The notes under the pieces were generated by a model, which was given only the letters and a program-made list of their open reading frames with translations, searched no databases and was not told the DNA's origin. From Myxococcota bacterium (GTDB taxonomy: Bacteria > Myxococcota_A > Polyangia > Polyangiales > Houyiibacteriaceae), in the NCBI GenBank assembly GCA_039030515.1, contig JBCCEA010000014.1, positions 32,338 through 96,337 on the forward strand: 64,000 bases of DNA, written 5' to 3'. The translations under genes and the position numbers were made by a program. Shown piece by piece: positions 30,428 to 41,176 of the stretch (position 1 is the stretch's first letter; the number at the start of each line of letters is the position of its first letter).

Positions 30428-30850
30428 TCATCGGAATGCTGCTTCGATATCGCGAATCAACGGTGCTTGTCTCGACCTATACCGGAGAAGTGAGGTTTGC
30501 GTCAGGTGCCGGAGCCGTTCGGACTTTTCGTGTGCGTTTCGAAGCTGGGGGTCTCGACTACAGGACGCTCGAATGGCCCGATGTCTTCGATCCCAGCTGC
30601 GGTACCACTGGGTCTGCTTAAGCGGAGGATCCGGAGAATCCATTTGTGAGAGTTCGAAGTCTCGAAGTTCACGAACTAGGTTCGGCATTTCCGTCTCGCA
30701 GTCTTTTGGGGGACCGCTTGCGGGATAAAAGACCTGAGGCAGTATCGAGTAAAAGCCAATGAAAACTAGATATATGGTGGCCGTACCCGCGACCGTCGCT
30801 CCAACGCGTCTACCCAAGAGCTCGAGTTTCGGCGGGGTATGCTCGGTCAC
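30428..30850 (-). CDS. Hypothetical single-TM protein
   Basis: One hydrophobic helix followed by a helical domain with two Cys; co-directional with neighbours. Confidence 0.65.
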   Translation of the reverse strand: MTEHTPPKLELLGRRVGATVAGTATIYLVFIGFYSILPQVFYPASGPPKDCETEMPNLVRELRDFELSQMDSPDPPLKQTQWYRSWDRRHRAIRASCSRDPQLRNAHEKSERLRHLTQTSLLRYRSRQAPLIRDIEAAFR

Positions 30851-31005
30851 GATCCAGCAGGTCTTAGCACAAGCCTACTAAGTCGCACGCCGCGTAGGCG
30901 ACGGTGCGCGCCAAAGGACTATGTTCTCCTGGCGGAATAGCCGATGGCAAACGCGGCGATCCTCTTTGAATCACCGAACTAAACTAATAAGGATGCATCT
31001 GTCTG

Positions 31006-31035
31006 CTTCAGTCCTCGGTATCGCCGAGACTGAAG
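31006..31035 (-). terminator. Stem-loop immediately after the small ORF stop
   Basis: cttcagtc(c)tcgg-tatcg-ccga-gactgaag: 12-bp stem with one bulge, 3 nt after the stop at 31039; no immediate U-tract. Confidence 0.45.
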
Positions 31036-31038
31036 GCT

Positions 31039-31197
31039 CTACCGGTTCTGGGTTTTGGTGCGAGACTCCTGCTGACGCCGTTTCCGGCGGTCGGACCAGA
31101 GGCCGAAGGTACCTAAGGCCAAGGCCACGATCATCGCAACCGCGATCACGCCAGCGCACAGTAGGTACAGCGATAGGTAAAGAGTGCCAGTGCCCAT
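31039..31197 (-). CDS. 52-aa single-pass membrane peptide (below the ORF-track cutoff)
   Basis: MGTGTLYLSLYLLCAGVIAVAMIVALALGTFGLWSDRRKRRQQESRTKTQNR: TM helix with a positive-inside tail, followed by a hairpin. Confidence 0.6.
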   Translation of the reverse strand: MGTGTLYLSLYLLCAGVIAVAMIVALALGTFGLWSDRRKRRQQESRTKTQNR

Positions 31198-31244
31198 GTC
31201 AGTGTCCGGTAGCGTCCGTAGTGAGAGAGATCAAGTGTAACGGC

Positions 31245-31955
31245 TCAAGCGTTGGGTGCCGTCATCTTGTACCCAACTCCGTACAGGGTGACGATAAAGC
31301 GAGGCTTTTCAGGCTGTGGTTCAATTTTTTTTCGGATCTTGACGATGAAGTTGTCCACGGTGCGATTTGATGCGTTCCCTTCGACGCCCCAGACTTGATC
31401 AAGAATGTCGTCGCGGGAAACAGGTTGTCCCTGCTTCTCGTGAAGTAACTTCAGTATCTCTACCTCGTAGAAACTGAGCGATATGACCGCCCCTTCGCGC
31501 GCCAAAGTGTGGCTGGCGGGATTGACTTGCGCTGCACCGACCATGAAAGGTTCGGTAGGGTCAGGTGCTGATCGGGTGGCCCGGCGAAAAAGGGCTCGAA
31601 TACGCGCCACGAGCTCGCCTAACGAAAATGGCTTCGTCACATAGTCGTCCGCGCCAACATCTAGTCCGCGAATTTTATCTGCTTCCTGGCTGCGCGCGGT
31701 GAGCATCAGTATCGGTACGGAACGGTGCTTTGCCCGGAGCTGCTCGCAGACCTGATAGCCGTTGATATCGGGCAACATGAGATCTAGGATGACGCAGTCT
31801 GTTGGCGATTCGGACATCAACGTCACTGCATCTTTACCGGATCTGGTGTGAACTACATTGAACCCCTCGAACTCCAACGTATCGACCAAGCCAAGCGCAA
31901 GCGCAGGATCGTCTTCCACCAGGAGAATGGTTTGCGGGTTCGACTCTGCGGACAT
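31245..31955 (-). CDS. OmpR/PhoB-family response regulator
   Basis: LLVEDD, ILDLMLP, MLTA, ADDYVTKPF, winged helix NRTVDNFI..IRKKIE...TLYGVGY. Confidence 0.95.
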   Translation of the reverse strand: MSAESNPQTILLVEDDPALALGLVDTLEFEGFNVVHTRSGKDAVTLMSESPTDCVILDLMLPDINGYQVCEQLRAKHRSVPILMLTARSQEADKIRGLDVGADDYVTKPFSLGELVARIRALFRRATRSAPDPTEPFMVGAAQVNPASHTLAREGAVISLSFYEVEILKLLHEKQGQPVSRDDILDQVWGVEGNASNRTVDNFIVKIRKKIEPQPEKPRFIVTLYGVGYKMTAPNA

Positions 31956-32032
31956 GCAGCGACGATAGCATCGAATTTCGTGAGAGCTCAGATGCGTATA
32001 CGCGCACCACTATGAGGCTCTTTGCTTCGCAA

Positions 32033-33664
32033 CTACTGGCTTCCGGTCAAGGGACCTCCGCCCTGGATGTTGTTGCAGAGGTCCTGAGGGGGCAGGATCT
32101 CGGTTTGTTTTTTTTGCGGCTCAGAACCGGGTTTTGGTAGCGGAATTGAAAACGAGACTAGGGCCCCGCCTCCGGACGCCGCAGAGGCCCAAGCTTTTCC
32201 TCCATGGGCTTCCGCGATATGTTTGACTAGAGATAGTCCTATTCCCGAACCACGCACGGCGCGCGTGCTTCCACCTCGATAGAACCTATCGAATACTCGT
32301 CGGCGATCCTCGGGCCTGATGCCTGGGCCTCTATCGCGAACGCGTACTTCCACCCAGCGCTCTTTCGACTCGAGATGCACATCGATGGGCAGTCCATCTC
32401 CGAATTTGGCGGCGTTGTCCAAGAGGTTGATCACCCCGAGGACTAAGGCTTGCTCGTCAAAGCTCAAAACTACTTCGCTTCCCGGAGGAAAGAACCGAAC
32501 CTCAACCCCCTCTTTTTCCATTCGATATCGGAACGTCTCGATGGCGCCTTCGATGACTTCCGCAAGATTGCCTCTTCGCAAATCGTACTTTCGTTTGCCA
32601 CGCTCGAGAGCAGCGAAGTCGAGCACGTTTTCGATAAGTGTGCTCAGACGCTCAGATTCGCGGCAAATGATCTCTAAGTACTGTGTACGTTTGTTTTCGT
32701 TTCGCACTCTTCTCGAAAGAAGCATTTCACCAAACATGCGGATCACTGAAAGAGGAGTTTTTAGCTCATGACTTACATTGGCGATGAACTCACTCTTAAG
32801 TGCGTTGAGCCTACGCTCTTTGTCCGCTGCATAAAGAAGAAAGGCTGCTCCGAGTAGGATGACCATCAAGGAGGTGCCGATCAACGCCACTTCATTCAGA
32901 ACCCTTGATCGCGCCTGAGCTTCAAGTCTGGGTGCTTGCTTCGGAGCGACTTGAAGTCGCCAGTTGTAAAGGGTTGTGGGAAACCGATGACCAACGACAT
33001 AGTCTCCTGCCTGTGCCAGACTTCGCCCGTAGCGAATTTGATTATGGCGGTCGACCACATTGTAGGAACGTTTGCCTTCTTCGGTGGCAAAGAGGGATGG
33101 AAACTGTTCGCGGACGATGAAGTCGGTATCGTGGCTGGCGATTAGATACCATCTGCGGCCGTTATGACGACGCACCCTATAGGAAATAAGATAGTCTCTT
33201 CGGCCATGAGCGACGTGGTGATGGCGCAGTCTGCCCACTCGCTCACGCTCCAGTTCTAAGTCGGGCATGATCCGTTCAAAGAACACCTTGCGGAACGCTC
33301 GCGCTTCACTTGTGGCTCCTCGGGTCGAAAAAACGACTGGATTTCCACTATCGTCGAGTAGCGCCAGAGCATGTACGCTCGGAATGACCTCGTCTCCGAG
33401 TTCTCCAAAACGAAGATCGACCGCGTCCGGGTTGGCGAGATGCACCATTTGAAAGGCTTCTCGATCCGCTTGAATGACGTATTGTTCGATAATATCGACT
33501 TTCTCGCGTACCAACAGCAGCGTGGCCTCTGCGATAGTGCGTTCTCCCAAGCGCGTCGCTGCGGACGTTGTCCGCCAGGTGAAATATCCCAGAATGCAGG
33601 CAGCGATAGTTATCGCTGGAAGCAACACAAAGTAGACGATGCGCTGACGCCACTGCGAGATCAT
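32033..33664 (-). CDS. Membrane sensor histidine kinase
   Basis: Two TMs flanking a periplasmic domain; NVSHELKTPL H-box, NLLDNAAKF, DRGPG, GSGIGL. Confidence 0.95.
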   Translation of the reverse strand: MISQWRQRIVYFVLLPAITIAACILGYFTWRTTSAATRLGERTIAEATLLLVREKVDIIEQYVIQADREAFQMVHLANPDAVDLRFGELGDEVIPSVHALALLDDSGNPVVFSTRGATSEARAFRKVFFERIMPDLELERERVGRLRHHHVAHGRRDYLISYRVRRHNGRRWYLIASHDTDFIVREQFPSLFATEEGKRSYNVVDRHNQIRYGRSLAQAGDYVVGHRFPTTLYNWRLQVAPKQAPRLEAQARSRVLNEVALIGTSLMVILLGAAFLLYAADKERRLNALKSEFIANVSHELKTPLSVIRMFGEMLLSRRVRNENKRTQYLEIICRESERLSTLIENVLDFAALERGKRKYDLRRGNLAEVIEGAIETFRYRMEKEGVEVRFFPPGSEVVLSFDEQALVLGVINLLDNAAKFGDGLPIDVHLESKERWVEVRVRDRGPGIRPEDRRRVFDRFYRGGSTRAVRGSGIGLSLVKHIAEAHGGKAWASAASGGGALVSFSIPLPKPGSEPQKKQTEILPPQDLCNNIQGGGPLTGSQ

Positions 33665-33813
33665 AGGTGCCCCGATGCTCGTTTCCGTGCAGCTATCACC
33701 TTACAGGTTTGATGTCGAATACCCGAATCGAGTGAAGGAATCCGGTGCTTTGCAGCGAATCGTCGATATATGCAGTGCTTAACCGCTTGTGGACACGAAG
33801 AGACTGCGGGTGT

Positions 33814-36252
33814 TCAGTTGGTCGCGGGGTTCGACAGCTGTTTGGTCGCAAATTCGCTTTGTTCTTCGCCGAGATTCAGGCTGAGCTTGTCAGGATGTTC
33901 GAGAGCGTTGGCGAGGACTTCGTCCATCTTTGTCACCGGAACGAATTCAAGTGTCTCGCGGATCTCCTCTGGGACTTCCTCCAGGTCTGCGTTGTTGCGC
34001 TCAGGAAGGATCACGCGTTTGATACCTGCTCGGTGGGCGGCCAAAACCTTTTCCTTGATCCCGCCGACCGGAAGTACGCGACCTCGAAGCGTGATCTCTC
34101 CGGTCATGGCCACGTCGTGCCGAACTCGTATGCCGGTCATGAGTGAAACCAATGCGGTCATCATCGTGACACCGGCACTCGGGCCATCCTTGGGCATGGA
34201 GCCAGCTGGAATATGGATATGAAGGTCGGTTTTCTCTAAAAAGTCCTTAGCGATACCGAACTGCTCCGCTCGAGTTCGAACGTAGCTCATCGCAGCTTGT
34301 GCCGACTCTTTCATCACGTCACCCAGCTGCCCGGTGAGCTGTAGCTTTCCAGTCCCGTGCATTCGGGTCGCCTCGATGAACAGGATTTCCCCGCCCACTG
34401 CGGTCCAAGCAAGGCCGGTGGCCACTCCGGGTTCCTCTGTCCGCTCTGCAACCTCTGAGGTAAATCTTGGAGGCCCCAAATAAGGCCGCAAACCCTCCTC
34501 ATCGTTGACGTGCCAGGGACCGGCTTCACCCTCAGCCACTTTGACTGCTGCGCCTCGAATCACGGCGGCGATTTTGCGTTCGAGGTTTCTGACCCCGGCT
34601 TCTCGGGTGTAGTGATCGATTACGGATTCAACGGCAGGATCTTTCACCTCGATTTGCTCCGACTTCAGCCCGTGCTCTTCGACCTGTTTCGGGATTAGGT
34701 GATCTTTGGCGATATCCAGCTTTTCTCTCCGCGTGTACCCAGGAATCTCGATGATCTCCATGCGATCGCGGAGCGCAGGTGGAATCGTGTCCCCGACGTT
34801 TGCGGTGGCGATGAACATCACTTTGGAGAGGTCGTATGGAATCTCTAAGTAATGATCTGAGAACGTATCGTTTTGCTCCGGATCCAGTACCTCCAGCAGG
34901 GCGGCTGCAGGATCACCACGGAAGTCGTGTCCGATCTTGTCGATTTCATCGAGCATAAAGACCGGATTGATGGTTCCGGATTTCTTCATCCCCTGGATCA
35001 CCTGGCCGGGTAGGGCACCGACATAGGTCCGGCGGTGTCCGCGAATGGCGGCCTCGTCATGCACCCCGCCGAGACTGACTCGATAAAACTTCCTGCCTAG
35101 CGCTCGAGCGACAGAACGACCGAGTGAAGTTTTTCCCACTCCAGGAGGGCCGATAAGGCAGAGGATGGGCCCCTTTTTGTCCTTTTTCAGCTTTCGCACG
35201 GCGAGATACTCGACGATGCGTTTTTTCACTTTGTCGAGTCCTGAGTGATCTTCGTCGAGAACCTTACGAACCTCTGCGATGTTGAGGTTGTCGACGGTTT
35301 CTCGTTTCCAAGGGATGTCTAAGATCCAGTCGATATAGGTGCGCACCACGGTGTACTCCGCAGAACCCACCTGCATGGAACGCAGGCGCTTGAGCTGCTT
35401 TCGGCCCACCTGGTCGGCTTCTGTCGGTAAATCGGCTTTGACGATTTTCTCCTCGAGCATGTCGAGGTCGCCACCGTCTCCATCTTCGTCTCCCAGCTCT
35501 TCCTTGATGGCCTTGAGCTGCTGGCGAAGAACGTACTCCCTCTGATTCTTGCCCATCTCCTCCTTGATCTGGGAGTTGATTCTCTCGCGCATCTTGAGAA
35601 TCTCAAGCTGTCGAGTGAGCAACCGAAGAACCTTACGAATGCGTTCCTTGGTATCGATGGTCTCGAGCAACTGCGCTTTTTCATCGACCGGCGAATCGAG
35701 ATTTGCAGCCACCAGGTCCGCGAGCTGTCCTGGTTCCTGGATAGAGTCGATGAGAGAGCTGGCTTCCCGAGGCAACTCCGGCATCAGCTGGATGACCTGC
35801 TTCGCGATGTCTCTCAGACTCATCGCGAGCGCCTCACTCTCCACGTCGTCGGCTTTCGGCTCATCCAACCTTGACGCGCGTGCACGAATGTACGGCGTAC
35901 TGGTGCTGACCTGCTCCATCCGAATGCGGAGTAGGCCCTGCAGGATCAGGCTGTAGTTGCCGGAGCTGTGCTTCAGCGCTTTCAGCACGCGCGCGGCAAC
36001 TCCAACCGGATAGAGGTCGCTTTGCGCTGGATCGTCGGTCGCCGGATCTCGCTGGGCGAAGATCGCGATAATCGGCTGGTTGAGGTTCTCGATGTCCTCG
36101 ACGAGGGCTACCGATTTTTCTCGGCCTACATCGAAGGGAGCGACCGCTCCTGGAAAGAGAACCGCGTTTCGGATCGGTAAAACAGGCAATTCATCGTCAA
36201 GTTCGATGTCCTGCTCATCGATCGTGCTCGGGGGTGTTTCGTCTACCGCCAT
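33814..36252 (-). CDS. lon: ATP-dependent Lon protease (LonD/BsgA-like)
   Basis: [38 protein letters not shown] (catalytic Ser), PVGGIKEK; start 36252 or 36267. Confidence 0.97.
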   Translation of the reverse strand: MAVDETPPSTIDEQDIELDDELPVLPIRNAVLFPGAVAPFDVGREKSVALVEDIENLNQPIIAIFAQRDPATDDPAQSDLYPVGVAARVLKALKHSSGNYSLILQGLLRIRMEQVSTSTPYIRARASRLDEPKADDVESEALAMSLRDIAKQVIQLMPELPREASSLIDSIQEPGQLADLVAANLDSPVDEKAQLLETIDTKERIRKVLRLLTRQLEILKMRERINSQIKEEMGKNQREYVLRQQLKAIKEELGDEDGDGGDLDMLEEKIVKADLPTEADQVGRKQLKRLRSMQVGSAEYTVVRTYIDWILDIPWKRETVDNLNIAEVRKVLDEDHSGLDKVKKRIVEYLAVRKLKKDKKGPILCLIGPPGVGKTSLGRSVARALGRKFYRVSLGGVHDEAAIRGHRRTYVGALPGQVIQGMKKSGTINPVFMLDEIDKIGHDFRGDPAAALLEVLDPEQNDTFSDHYLEIPYDLSKVMFIATANVGDTIPPALRDRMEIIEIPGYTRREKLDIAKDHLIPKQVEEHGLKSEQIEVKDPAVESVIDHYTREAGVRNLERKIAAVIRGAAVKVAEGEAGPWHVNDEEGLRPYLGPPRFTSEVAERTEEPGVATGLAWTAVGGEILFIEATRMHGTGKLQLTGQLGDVMKESAQAAMSYVRTRAEQFGIAKDFLEKTDLHIHIPAGSMPKDGPSAGVTMMTALVSLMTGIRVRHDVAMTGEITLRGRVLPVGGIKEKVLAAHRAGIKRVILPERNNADLEEVPEEIRETLEFVPVTKMDEVLANALEHPDKLSLNLGEEQSEFATKQLSNPATN

Positions 36253-36389
36253 GCTAGCAACGACCATAGTCACCCCTCGAGAACTAAGCAAGCTTGGGGG
36301 CGCGAGGACACCACTGACTTCGGGAGGGATTGAGAGGTCCCGGTGGATAGTTCGCCCATTTTAGGCACTTCGAGGGGTGGATTACAGAC

Positions 36390-38213
36390 TCATCGATCAA
36401 AGGCGCGATGGCGGTCGAGATCGCGAAAATAGATCGCAAATCGCTCGTATTGATAGGCGAAGTTTCCTGCGAGAGCGCAGGTGAACACAAGCGTGAGACA
36501 GACAACGAGCCTGCTGAGGCCGAGGCTCCATCGTGAGCGGAAGACGTGATGTGCGATATGGGGACCGAAACAGATCGCCAGCAGTGCAGCGATCTGACGA
36601 CGGGTGTGTGACCGGCGACCGAACTGGAAGGCTTCGTCAAGAGGTGATGTGAAGCTGAGACCATACATCAAGCCCAGCGTGACCAGGGGTAGGGCAAGGA
36701 GCAAGGATGGTGCCTGGTAGAGCCTGTGGATGTAGGCGGCACTGGCGAGCGCGAGGATTGGATATAGGAGCATGAGGTCCTGCCCCGCTCGGAGATTGCC
36801 AAGGAAGAGGCTTCCAGTAAGCAGACAGCTTGCGAGGGCGTAGGCAAGAAACGTGGGCAGTCGATTCTGCGGTCCGCGTTGGTTTCGGTCGCCTGCGAGT
36901 CCCGCCATCAGTCCAGCCAACCACATCCACAGCAGCCAGCTGTCTCCCACCCGGTTGCTCAAAATATCTGGTCGAAACAAGAGTGAATCGACGACCATGG
37001 GATGAACCACCGGCGTGGCGTGCGGAAGCGTCAACCCTAAGCTCAACGCGTACACCGGTAGGCCCGCCAGTGCAGGGCGGATGAGGGGCCTCAGCTGTGG
37101 TTCGCGCGCGACAAGGATTCCAAAAGCCGGGAGCAAACCAAGCCCGAGGCCTGAAGAGAGTGGGGCAAGCCCCAGTAGCACGCTTGCCGAGATCGCCCGG
37201 ACTGGAGATGGACTACGGATACAGCACATTGCGAGCCCGAGGCCCATCGTCGAGAGCACTGTACATACCGCGATCTCAGGAGGTACGGCTCTCGCGCCCA
37301 AGCACGGTAGAGGAAGAGTGGCGTACATGAGGCCTGCGCTCAGACCCAGCCAGTGGACCCTGTTTTTGGGAGGCACCGCTTCTTTGGGACACGCGGTCAG
37401 GGAGGAGTCGATTGGGCTGCACGGCGGATGAAGGAGCCACGGCCCGATCACCAATACAAGCAGCAAGGTGATGCTGTCGAGGGCTACCGAGATCCATGGA
37501 ACGATGCCCGAAGCAAACCCGGGCTCCAGCGCTAAGTCGTGCACACGAAGCCAGATGCCCATCAGGAGGATGGTGGTCGCTCCCAGGTGCACGCGACGCA
37601 CTGCGCGCTCCTCTAACGAGGCAATTCGCACGCGATACCCAAGCCAACCAAGAAGCATGCCGACTAGCGAGACCCATAAAAACGCTTGAGCTCGTGCCTT
37701 GTAGGCGGGAGTGGCCGGAGAGAATCTGGCGTTGCTCATGCGGGTGCTACGGCCCCGAGCTGACGAGAGAATCTCGAGATGCGAATGTTCGTGAGCGTCG
37801 CCGGACCAGTAGATATCGATCGCATGAGTGCCGGCGGAGAGGGACCCTGTCTCGGAGTGTCCATCGATAAAGACGATCGCTTGAAGGTCGGTACGCACTT
37901 CGATCGCTGATCCGTCATGAGGCAGGGAAACAAATCCCTGCAGGTGCAGATCGATAGGGTTCGAGAGGTTCTTCTCTGAGGATGATTTCTGCGTGCCTGC
38001 CCCTTGGAACTCTCGAAGCGCGGCAAGCACCCGTTTGGCGCTGGCAAATTGGGGGCGACTTTCGTGTCGCGTACCAAGTTCGACCGGTCGACCAGACTCG
38101 GCCCCGCGGAAATGAATCGTGAGTCCGCGTCCCGAGTCCCAAACCAAGTAGACGCCCAGCACGAGCGAGGCGCTGATGACGCACGCGGGCACCATAGAGA
38201 TGAGTCGGTTCAT
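36390..38213 (-). CDS. Polytopic membrane protein, possible GT-C glycosyltransferase with N-terminal PA14-like domain
   Basis: TM, then beta-rich domain (LQGFV...IVFIDG...LSAGTHAIDIYW), then about 12 hydrophobic segments; neighbours are glycan-related. Confidence 0.5.
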   Translation of the reverse strand: MNRLISMVPACVISASLVLGVYLVWDSGRGLTIHFRGAESGRPVELGTRHESRPQFASAKRVLAALREFQGAGTQKSSSEKNLSNPIDLHLQGFVSLPHDGSAIEVRTDLQAIVFIDGHSETGSLSAGTHAIDIYWSGDAHEHSHLEILSSARGRSTRMSNARFSPATPAYKARAQAFLWVSLVGMLLGWLGYRVRIASLEERAVRRVHLGATTILLMGIWLRVHDLALEPGFASGIVPWISVALDSITLLLVLVIGPWLLHPPCSPIDSSLTACPKEAVPPKNRVHWLGLSAGLMYATLPLPCLGARAVPPEIAVCTVLSTMGLGLAMCCIRSPSPVRAISASVLLGLAPLSSGLGLGLLPAFGILVAREPQLRPLIRPALAGLPVYALSLGLTLPHATPVVHPMVVDSLLFRPDILSNRVGDSWLLWMWLAGLMAGLAGDRNQRGPQNRLPTFLAYALASCLLTGSLFLGNLRAGQDLMLLYPILALASAAYIHRLYQAPSLLLALPLVTLGLMYGLSFTSPLDEAFQFGRRSHTRRQIAALLAICFGPHIAHHVFRSRWSLGLSRLVVCLTLVFTCALAGNFAYQYERFAIYFRDLDRHRAFDR

Positions 38214-38256
38214 GTTTTGCGAGCGATAGGGGCCGATCGAACCCCATGGTTCGATA

Positions 38257-40944
38257 TTAGCGGTGCACCTCGATGGGTACCAGTTCGACCAGTGTCTCCG
38301 AGCCTTGACTCGTCTCAAACCTTAGGGGCTTGAACTTCTCGTCCAGCACCGCGAAACGAATCTTCAGCTCTTTGGATGGGCGCATGCCTTGAGGGATCGT
38401 CACGCGAATCGAGTCGCGGAGAATCTCTCCGGGTACCCACTGAGAGGTCTTGTAGTGACCGTTCATCGGATGGTGTCGTGCATGGGTGTGGGGAGGGACT
38501 CGGTATCCCGGTGGGCCCACGAGGTCGACAAAGAAGAGGAAGTCTCGCTGCATCTCACCGTCGACGCGGTAGTAGAAAGTCATGTCGAGGGTGTCTCCGA
38601 CGCGAACCCTGGTGCTGTTCATGTCGTAGCCGAGTACTGTAAAGCGCCCGGGATAACGGTAGTTCAGCCGATGCGTCAGTGCCTCAGGTTCCGCGTCGAG
38701 CCGATTGCTCTGCACGACCTGCCGGAAGCTGTTTTGCGGGCGGGCGGTTTGGGCGATCCAAGCGCGCGACAAGCCGAGTAGTTCGTCTCGGATTTCGGTT
38801 TCGGCATCGGCCAAGTTGTGTTGCTCCTGCGGATCTCGCGCGAGATCAAAGAGCTGCATCCTGTGTTCCCGAGTCCAAAGGATTAGCTTCCATCTTCCGC
38901 GTCGCAGCGCTTTTTGATCAAAGGGAAACATGCCGTCCGGTAGGATCTCGCTGAAGATGAGTCGATTTGCCGGCGGATTGGCCTGACCGATCAGATAGGG
39001 CAGGAGGCTGCGGGCTGGAACCTCTCTCGGTAGTGGAATACGGAGCAGATTGAGGAGCGTAGGGAAGAGGTCGAAGAGCGGAACTGCGCCTCGCACCACA
39101 CGCGGACTCAAACCGGGAACCCGAATCATCAGGACTGCGCGGATTTCTTCTTCATACACCGTGAAACTATGTCCGCGGTTGTCGTGCTCTCCGAACGCCT
39201 CTCCGTGGTCGCTGCACAAGACCACGATCGTGTTCTGAGACTCGTCCAGTTCGTCGAGACGCTTCAGGATTTTCCCGAAGATCTGGTCTGCCAAATAGAT
39301 TTCGGTGTCGTATTTGTCGACGGGTTTTTCGCCAAACCGCGAAGGGGTGCCGTAGCTAAGGTACTCCCCGTGCACGTTGAAGATATGGATCCAATGAAAC
39401 CAGGGTTCCGCACGTCGAGACAGCCGCTCGAGTTCACGCATTGCGGATCGGAAGACCTGCTCACGACGCGGTCTGAATTGGGGCTCTTGATGGTGTCTTT
39501 TGAAGCCCTGGAAGAACCCGCGCATCCGAGCGAAGTAGTCTGTGCCTAGGTTGGCGGAGGTGAAGTAGCCAGCGTCGCTGAGCATTTCAGCGAGGGTGGC
39601 GTTTTCGGGCAGTAGCGCAGGCCATATGTACTCGTCTCCGTACTCGATTTGGGATGGGTAGAGTCCGGTGAACACAGAAGGGATCGAGCGCAGCGATCGA
39701 GATGAGGATGCCACCGCGCCCTCAAATCGAATCGCTGTTTCTGCAAACGCGTCGATGTTGGGAGAGGTGTTGCGAGCGTAGCCATGCGTCCCGAGGTGGT
39801 CCGGACGTAGCGTGTCCACCATCACAAAGAGGATGTTCGGACGTTGTGGCACTTCCGCCGGCACCTCCGCGTAGTTCCCGTTACCAAACTGTCCAACATC
39901 TCGGCCGCCGTCCCCGTCGAAACAGTCGGCATCGATTCCATCGCCTGGTTCGTCGGGGGCTCCGGGGTAGATTTGTGGATTGGAGTCGTCGCAGTCTCCT
40001 CCGCCAAAGGTAGAGGAAAAGCCGTCCCCATCCCGGTCGGTAGCTTGCAAGTACCATCGGATCAGTCGCTGACCGGCGATCGTATCTCGGGCGAGCATGT
40101 TGCGAGGATTGCTGCGGCTCCCGAAGGTGGCCTGACAGAGAAAAAGCCCGAATGCGCTGGTCAGTAGCGCGGTGACTGCAAGTAGGTGGTGGCGTGAGGC
40201 CCGCCATGAACCGGCGGCACGACGCGCAATTCGAGCAACCCCCAAATAGACGACTGCGGCTCCAGGGATCCAGCTGAGTTTCAAGGGAGGGTACGCCTCA
40301 AAAAGGCTGGGCGCCCGAATGGCCACTAGGACTGTGGCTGATGCCGCAAAGCACAAGACCGCAGCGATGGGAACCGCGGGGGTGGCGAAAGGGCCGAGGA
40401 TCGATCCGAGTTTGAGCGTCGCCCTACGCAGTGGCAGCATGACTAGTGCGGCGCAGACGAGCACGCCCAGCACAAACAAGGCCATCGCGTACGAGGCCAT
40501 CTCCTGATTGTAGTATCTCGTGGCGAAATGGAGCGCCGCGCGCCTTACCACCCAGAAGAATACCGTCAGGGTCAGAAGCAAGGAGATCCCGGATGCAAAC
40601 GCCTCCGGATTGCGGCGAAGGAGCCAAAGTCTTGCCGGAAGCCGTCGACGCCTCGCAAACGGAGTCGCCCTCAGTCCCCAGAGGCACATACCGAAAAGCA
40701 GGCCGGTGACGAATCCAACCGGCACGTGTAGGGAGACGCTGTACGCAGAGGCGTAGCAGAAATCGAAAAACGCATCGGCTGCTGCATTTTTCGCAACGGC
40801 TGCGTAAAGCATATCGATGCAGGCGATACACAGCAGTGCCAAAGCGCCCACCCAAAGTTGTTCTGAAAGGGCTGGTGGCGGGTGGGATGCCGTCACTTTT
40901 CTCTGAATGTGGCGTGCGATCCATCGTTCGATTCCGGTCGGCAT
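38257..40944 (-). CDS. Membrane-anchored sulfatase-like/alkaline-phosphatase-superfamily protein with MopE-like metal-binding repeat and C-terminal Ig-like domain
   Basis: About 7 N-terminal TMs; DRDGDG..GGDCDDSNPQIYPGA..DGIDADC; PNILFVMVDTLRPDH, SDHGEAFGEH, LFDLARDPQE. Confidence 0.85.
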   Translation of the reverse strand: MPTGIERWIARHIQRKVTASHPPPALSEQLWVGALALLCIACIDMLYAAVAKNAAADAFFDFCYASAYSVSLHVPVGFVTGLLFGMCLWGLRATPFARRRRLPARLWLLRRNPEAFASGISLLLTLTVFFWVVRRAALHFATRYYNQEMASYAMALFVLGVLVCAALVMLPLRRATLKLGSILGPFATPAVPIAAVLCFAASATVLVAIRAPSLFEAYPPLKLSWIPGAAVVYLGVARIARRAAGSWRASRHHLLAVTALLTSAFGLFLCQATFGSRSNPRNMLARDTIAGQRLIRWYLQATDRDGDGFSSTFGGGDCDDSNPQIYPGAPDEPGDGIDADCFDGDGGRDVGQFGNGNYAEVPAEVPQRPNILFVMVDTLRPDHLGTHGYARNTSPNIDAFAETAIRFEGAVASSSRSLRSIPSVFTGLYPSQIEYGDEYIWPALLPENATLAEMLSDAGYFTSANLGTDYFARMRGFFQGFKRHHQEPQFRPRREQVFRSAMRELERLSRRAEPWFHWIHIFNVHGEYLSYGTPSRFGEKPVDKYDTEIYLADQIFGKILKRLDELDESQNTIVVLCSDHGEAFGEHDNRGHSFTVYEEEIRAVLMIRVPGLSPRVVRGAVPLFDLFPTLLNLLRIPLPREVPARSLLPYLIGQANPPANRLIFSEILPDGMFPFDQKALRRGRWKLILWTREHRMQLFDLARDPQEQHNLADAETEIRDELLGLSRAWIAQTARPQNSFRQVVQSNRLDAEPEALTHRLNYRYPGRFTVLGYDMNSTRVRVGDTLDMTFYYRVDGEMQRDFLFFVDLVGPPGYRVPPHTHARHHPMNGHYKTSQWVPGEILRDSIRVTIPQGMRPSKELKIRFAVLDEKFKPLRFETSQGSETLVELVPIEVHR

Positions 40945-41176
40945 TTCGGTGCTCGGTGCGAGTCTTCAGGTGGTCCCCGATGTTCGATACTTGAGGAACC
41001 GAGCTTGAGTTCTAACCCACGGCATCGACGATCAGTACCGTTTTCCTAGGGCTGCAGAGAAAGTGATGTTCCAGGCTTTTACGCTTGCTCGATGGAGTTG
41101 GTTCGATTCAGGCAAGAGCGATTGCAGGTTTGTTCGTGTTGCCCCGGCTGGGGCTCAACCGTAGGTTCTTCTCTGC

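Noticed and set aside
30921..31370. Track ORFs 30921-31370 (+) and 30971-31159 (-)
   Set aside because: Not protein-like; the 31039-31197 minus-strand ORF explains the region better (TM helix, downstream hairpin)
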